64,000 nt of DNA from an uncultured Myxococcales bacterium (GTDB lineage Bacteria; Myxococcota_A; Polyangia; Haliangiales; Haliangiaceae), in contig CALOFI010000005.1 in the NCBI GenBank assembly GCA_942492525.1, positions 64,001 through 128,000 on the forward strand, in the 5' to 3' direction. The notes under the pieces were generated by a model. That model had not been told where the DNA came from and searched no databases. It saw only the letters and a list, made by a program, of their open reading frames with translations. Of the stretch, positions 60,022 through 64,000 are shown piece by piece (position 1 is the stretch's first letter; every line of letters begins with the position of its first letter). Made by a program: the position numbers and the translations under genes.

Positions 60022-62427
60022 GTGACCTTCTCCAGCGCCGACTACCCGCTGTTCCTGATCGCCGTCTTCTCCGCGTATGCGCTGACGCGCGCGGAGGGAC
60101 GGATCGGTCGAGCTGCGCGCGTCGCGATCCTGATCCTCCTCGGCGACCTGCTCTACCTGCTGCTGACCAAGGACGTCGGCGCGCTGTGGGATCCGCTGGG
60201 CGCGCTGACCTTCCATCGCATCGCGCTCGACGGCGACCTGCCGCCGGCGTGGCACCTGCCGATCGGCGCCGCCGTGGTGGCGGGTGCGGTGTGGCTGGGC
60301 TGGCGGCACGGCGCGCGCCTGGCCAGCCCGGGCGCGCAGCGGATCGCGGCGTGGGGCGCCATGGTGGCGATGACGGCCATCGGCGTCGCGGTCTGGTTGA
60401 CCCACCGCGCCGGCACGCTGGGCCAGCTCAGCGACGGCTTCCAGGCGATCGGCCACCTGATCTTCCTGCTCGGCTGGGGCATCGCGATCGGCGGCGCGCA
60501 GACCCAGGGCGGTCGCCCGCTGGGCCGCGTGATCATCCTGCTGCTCGCGAGCGCGGTCTTCTATCACGCGTGGGCCGCGGCCCAGCACGGCTGGTATCGC
60601 TACCTGCTGCTGCTGCTGCTGGCGATCATCGTCGGCGACTTCCTGCTCGCGCTGGCGATCGAGCGCGCCGAGGATCCCCGCAAGCGCAAGGCGCTGCTGC
60701 TGGTGTCGCTGGTCTCCAACCTGGGCGTGCTCGCGCTGTTCAAGTACTACGACTTCTTCGCGATCGACGTGCTGGGGCTGGGCGTCGAGCCGCTGCACCT
60801 GATCCTGCCGGCCGGCATCTCGTTCCACACCTTCCAGTCGCTGTCGTACACGCTCGACGTCTACCGCCGACAGATCCCGGCGACACGCTCGGTGGTGCAG
60901 TTCGCCACCTACGTGCTGTTCTTCCCGCAGCTGGTCGCCGGGCCGATCGTCCGCGCCGGACAGCTGCTGCCGCAGATGGAGCAGCTGCCCGCGCTGGATC
61001 GCCGGCTCGCCGCCGACGGCCTGTTCCGCATCCTGGTCGGCCTGTTCAAGAAGATCGCGATCGCCGACCTGCTCGCGCAGCTCATCGTCGACCGCGTCTT
61101 CGAGGCGCCGGGCCGCTTCTCGGGGCTCGAGGTGATGCTCGCGACGTACGCCTACGCGCTGCAGATCTACCTCGACTTCTCCGCGTACTCCGACATCGCG
61201 ATCGGCTCGGCGCAGCTCCTGGGCTTCGAGTTCCCGGAGAACTTCCGCACGCCGTACCGCTCGGGGAACCTGGGCGAGTTCTGGCGGCGCTGGCACATCA
61301 CGCTGTCCAGCTGGCTGCGCGACTACCTGTACATCCCGCTGGGCGGCGGCCGCGGCGGCGCGCTCGCGACGTACCGCAACCTCATCATCACGATGCTGCT
61401 CGGAGGGCTGTGGCACGGCGCGAGCTGGACGTTCCTGACCTGGGGCGCGCTGCACGGGCTGGGGCTGGTGGCGACCCGGATGTGCCAGCGGCGCGCCGAG
61501 GCCGGCGCGCCGATGGGGCGCTGGATCCTGGGCACGCTGGCGATCGCCGGGGCCGGCGTGTTGCTCCATCTCACCGCGTTCGCCGACGGCGACCACGGCG
61601 TGGTCTTCCACCTGATCTTCGCGTGGCTGTACACCGCGCCGATCTGGGCGGCCGCGACGACCTGCCTGACGCTGGGCGCCGCGCCCGAGGCCGCGCCGCT
61701 GCCGCCGCGCGCGCCGGGCACGGGTGGCCCGCACGCGCGCGGCAAGGCCCCGGGGCGGACCGGCGCGCCGCCCGCGCAGGTTGTCCGGAAGTCGGACAGT
61801 CGCAAGCTCGCGCGCAAGCAGCGCAAGCGCAAGCGGCGCCAGGCCGGCAGCGTGCGCCTGCCGATCGCGGTCGCGCTCGAGCCGGCCGGCACCCGCCGCG
61901 GCCATCGCCCCGAGGTGGTCGAGGGGCTGCGCTGGCTGGCCTGCGCGCTGGGCGCGCTGGGCGTGTGGTCGTTCCTCGAGGCGCCCGCCGCGACGCTGTC
62001 GCTGGCGGTGGCGTGCACCGGCGTGGGCCTGATCGCCGATCTGCTCGATCGCCGCCCCGACGACGCGTTCGCGCGGCGCTGGGCGGCGTGGGCCGCGCGC
62101 CGCGCGCTCGCCGTGGTGCTGACGTTCCACTACGTGTGCCTGGCGTGGATCTTCTTCCGCGCCACCAGCTTCGACCACGCCGCGGCGGTGCTCGGCCAGC
62201 TCGCGACGCTGACCACCGACACCCACAGCCTGCTGCCGCAGGTGCACCTCGTCCTCACGATCGCGCTGCTCGCGCACTTCTACGCGCCGCGCACCTACGC
62301 GTGGGCCCGCGCGGGCTTTCCGCGGCTGCCGCCGTGGGCGCAGGCGCTGGTCATGGTCGCCGCCGCGCTCGCGCTGCGCCGCCTCGCGGTCACCGACGCG
62401 CAGCCGTTCATCTACTTCCAGTTCTAG
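60022..62427 (+). CDS. MBOAT-family membrane-bound O-acyltransferase (AlgI/PatA/DltB-like) with long C-terminal membrane extension
   Basis: GTG 60022. Conserved MBOAT core ..FWRRWHITLSSWLRDYLYIPLGG.. (catalytic His) and ..LLGGLWHGASWTF..; a basic linker (KRKRRQ) precedes an additional C-terminal multi-TM domain. 801 aa. Confidence 0.75.
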   Translation: MTFSSADYPLFLIAVFSAYALTRAEGRIGRAARVAILILLGDLLYLLLTKDVGALWDPLGALTFHRIALDGDLPPAWHLPIGAAVVAGAVWLGWRHGARLASPGAQRIAAWGAMVAMTAIGVAVWLTHRAGTLGQLSDGFQAIGHLIFLLGWGIAIGGAQTQGGRPLGRVIILLLASAVFYHAWAAAQHGWYRYLLLLLLAIIVGDFLLALAIERAEDPRKRKALLLVSLVSNLGVLALFKYYDFFAIDVLGLGVEPLHLILPAGISFHTFQSLSYTLDVYRRQIPATRSVVQFATYVLFFPQLVAGPIVRAGQLLPQMEQLPALDRRLAADGLFRILVGLFKKIAIADLLAQLIVDRVFEAPGRFSGLEVMLATYAYALQIYLDFSAYSDIAIGSAQLLGFEFPENFRTPYRSGNLGEFWRRWHITLSSWLRDYLYIPLGGGRGGALATYRNLIITMLLGGLWHGASWTFLTWGALHGLGLVATRMCQRRAEAGAPMGRWILGTLAIAGAGVLLHLTAFADGDHGVVFHLIFAWLYTAPIWAAATTCLTLGAAPEAAPLPPRAPGTGGPHARGKAPGRTGAPPAQVVRKSDSRKLARKQRKRKRRQAGSVRLPIAVALEPAGTRRGHRPEVVEGLRWLACALGALGVWSFLEAPAATLSLAVACTGVGLIADLLDRRPDDAFARRWAAWAARRALAVVLTFHYVCLAWIFFRATSFDHAAAVLGQLATLTTDTHSLLPQVHLVLTIALLAHFYAPRTYAWARAGFPRLPPWAQALVMVAAALALRRLAVTDAQPFIYFQF

Positions 62428-62429
62428 GC

Positions 62430-62471
62430 GCGTTCCGAGCGCGTTCCGAGCGCGTTCTAGCGCGTTCTAGC
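62430..62471. repeat. four tandem 10-11-bp repeats (GCGTTCCGAGC x2, GCGTTCTAGC x2) starting 3 nt after the MBOAT stop codon
   Basis: ttcTAGgcg|cgttccgagc|gcgttccgagc|gcgttctagc|gcgttctagc|gcc read directly; the stop context gttctag is itself repeated in the last two units. Confidence 0.8.
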
Positions 62472-62862
62472 GCCTGCGAGCGGAGCCGTCCGGGAGACCG
62501 CGGGCGCCGGCGGGCGGGGCCTGTCCCTCGCGTGGTGGCTCCGTCCCGGCGCTCGGACTGCGCACCTCCCGGGCGCAGCGAGACGACGGTGGTATCTCCG
62601 ACCCGCCGACGAGCGGTGATCGGTTGGCTCTCTACGAGCGCGGGACGGACCACCACGTCTCGGGCCACCCGCCCGCCTCTGGCGGCACGCGAACGCTCGC
62701 GGAATCGACACGGGAGGCCGACCTTGATCGAATGGGCCATGGCGAAGCGCTACCGCCCGTATGCCCCGGACCAGTCTGCAGGCCGCCGATCCGCGCGGCG
62801 AGCGCCCGTACTCGCCGCGGATGATGACGGCGCTGCTGCGGCGGCGCGACGGCGCGACGGCG

Positions 62863-63762
<900 letters not shown>

Positions 63763-63930
63763 AAGCGACCTCGTGACTCTGCAGTGCGTCTTCGGTTGTC
63801 CGGGCTCAAAAAACGATCCGCAGCTACTGCTCTGGGACCGCATCGGGGCGGGGGCAGCCGACGGTGCAGCGAGCTACACGGTCGGAGAGACGACCAGTCT
63901 ATCCGCGACGCCGCCGCGCGCAGCGGTCGC

Positions 63931-63998
63931 GCGCAGAAACCTTTGGTTAACACGCTTACAGAAGTGCCAAGTTTGGCACCCCTGGCATGTTTCTGGCG
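63931..63998 (+). promoter_or_regulatory. AT-richer window-edge region with a 7-bp perfect palindrome GTGCCAAgtTTGGCAC followed by a sigma-54-like GG-N10-GC element (cTGGCATGtttcTGGC); candidate enhancer-dependent promoter for a gene beyond the window
   Basis: Read directly from 63935-63998; the -24-like TGGCAT is good, the -12-like element is weak (tGGC instead of TTGC). No downstream gene is visible. Confidence 0.2.
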
Positions 63999-64000
63999 GC

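Noticed and set aside
58558-62277. 1239-aa ORF on the - strand
   Set aside because: Antisense to the SGNH and MBOAT genes, which show catalytic motifs and membrane topology; the minus-strand translation is Arg/Gly/Ala-rich without features.

Overview
High-GC (~70%) bacterial chromosomal segment, almost certainly from a myxobacterium. Two secreted proteins end in a MYXO-CTERM-type sorting tag (Cys, Gly/Ala-rich stretch, hydrophobic helix, Arg cluster), there are several eukaryotic-like Ser/Thr kinases, and there is an OmpA protein with thrombospondin-3 repeats. About 55 protein-coding genes are supported; there are no rRNA or tRNA genes and no CRISPR array. Main content, 5' to 3': (i) a partial ECF sigma factor plus a lipoprotein; (ii) an ArsR-controlled operon (two membrane proteins, ArsR, an AlkB-like 2OG oxygenase, an ArsB-type permease) preceded by a promoter carrying GTGCAT operator repeats; (iii) a TetR / AurF-like diiron oxygenase / DUF2891 / hydrolase / DCC thiol-disulfide oxidoreductase group; (iv) a lipoprotein-O-methyltransferase pair, an OmpA/TSP3 gene with an in-frame TAG, and a radical-SAM-like gene; (v) a long minus-strand accessory cluster: membrane-anchored prenyltransferase/squalene-oxidase-repeat protein -> secreted protein -> two membrane proteins -> MoxR AAA ATPase -> DUF58 -> BatA/BatB-like vWA proteins -> a 1362-aa PKD/FN3-repeat MYXO-CTERM surface protein; (vi) an ebo/edb-like cluster (EboA-like, TatD hydrolase, two xylose-isomerase-like TIM barrels, alkaline-phosphatase-family phosphodiesterase, UbiA prenyltransferase) in which a myo-inositol-phosphate-synthase-family cyclase sits next to the UbiA gene and a perfect 49-bp inverted-repeat element lies inside the cluster; (vii) a MYXO-CTERM metalloprotease-like protein plus a sirtuin; (viii) membrane Ser/Thr kinase - OPT oligopeptide transporter - STAND-type kinase/NTPase/TPR operon; (ix) a further TPR Ser/Thr kinase; (x) a putative polysaccharide/peptidoglycan O-acetylation module (LIP-family lipase, two SGNH/GDSL hydrolases, MBOAT) followed by short tandem repeats; (xi) a 3D-domain lipoprotein with 21-bp tandem repeats. 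Many genes appear split by +1/-1 frameshifts in GC-rich runs, most likely assembly indels, so several gene models are approximate.
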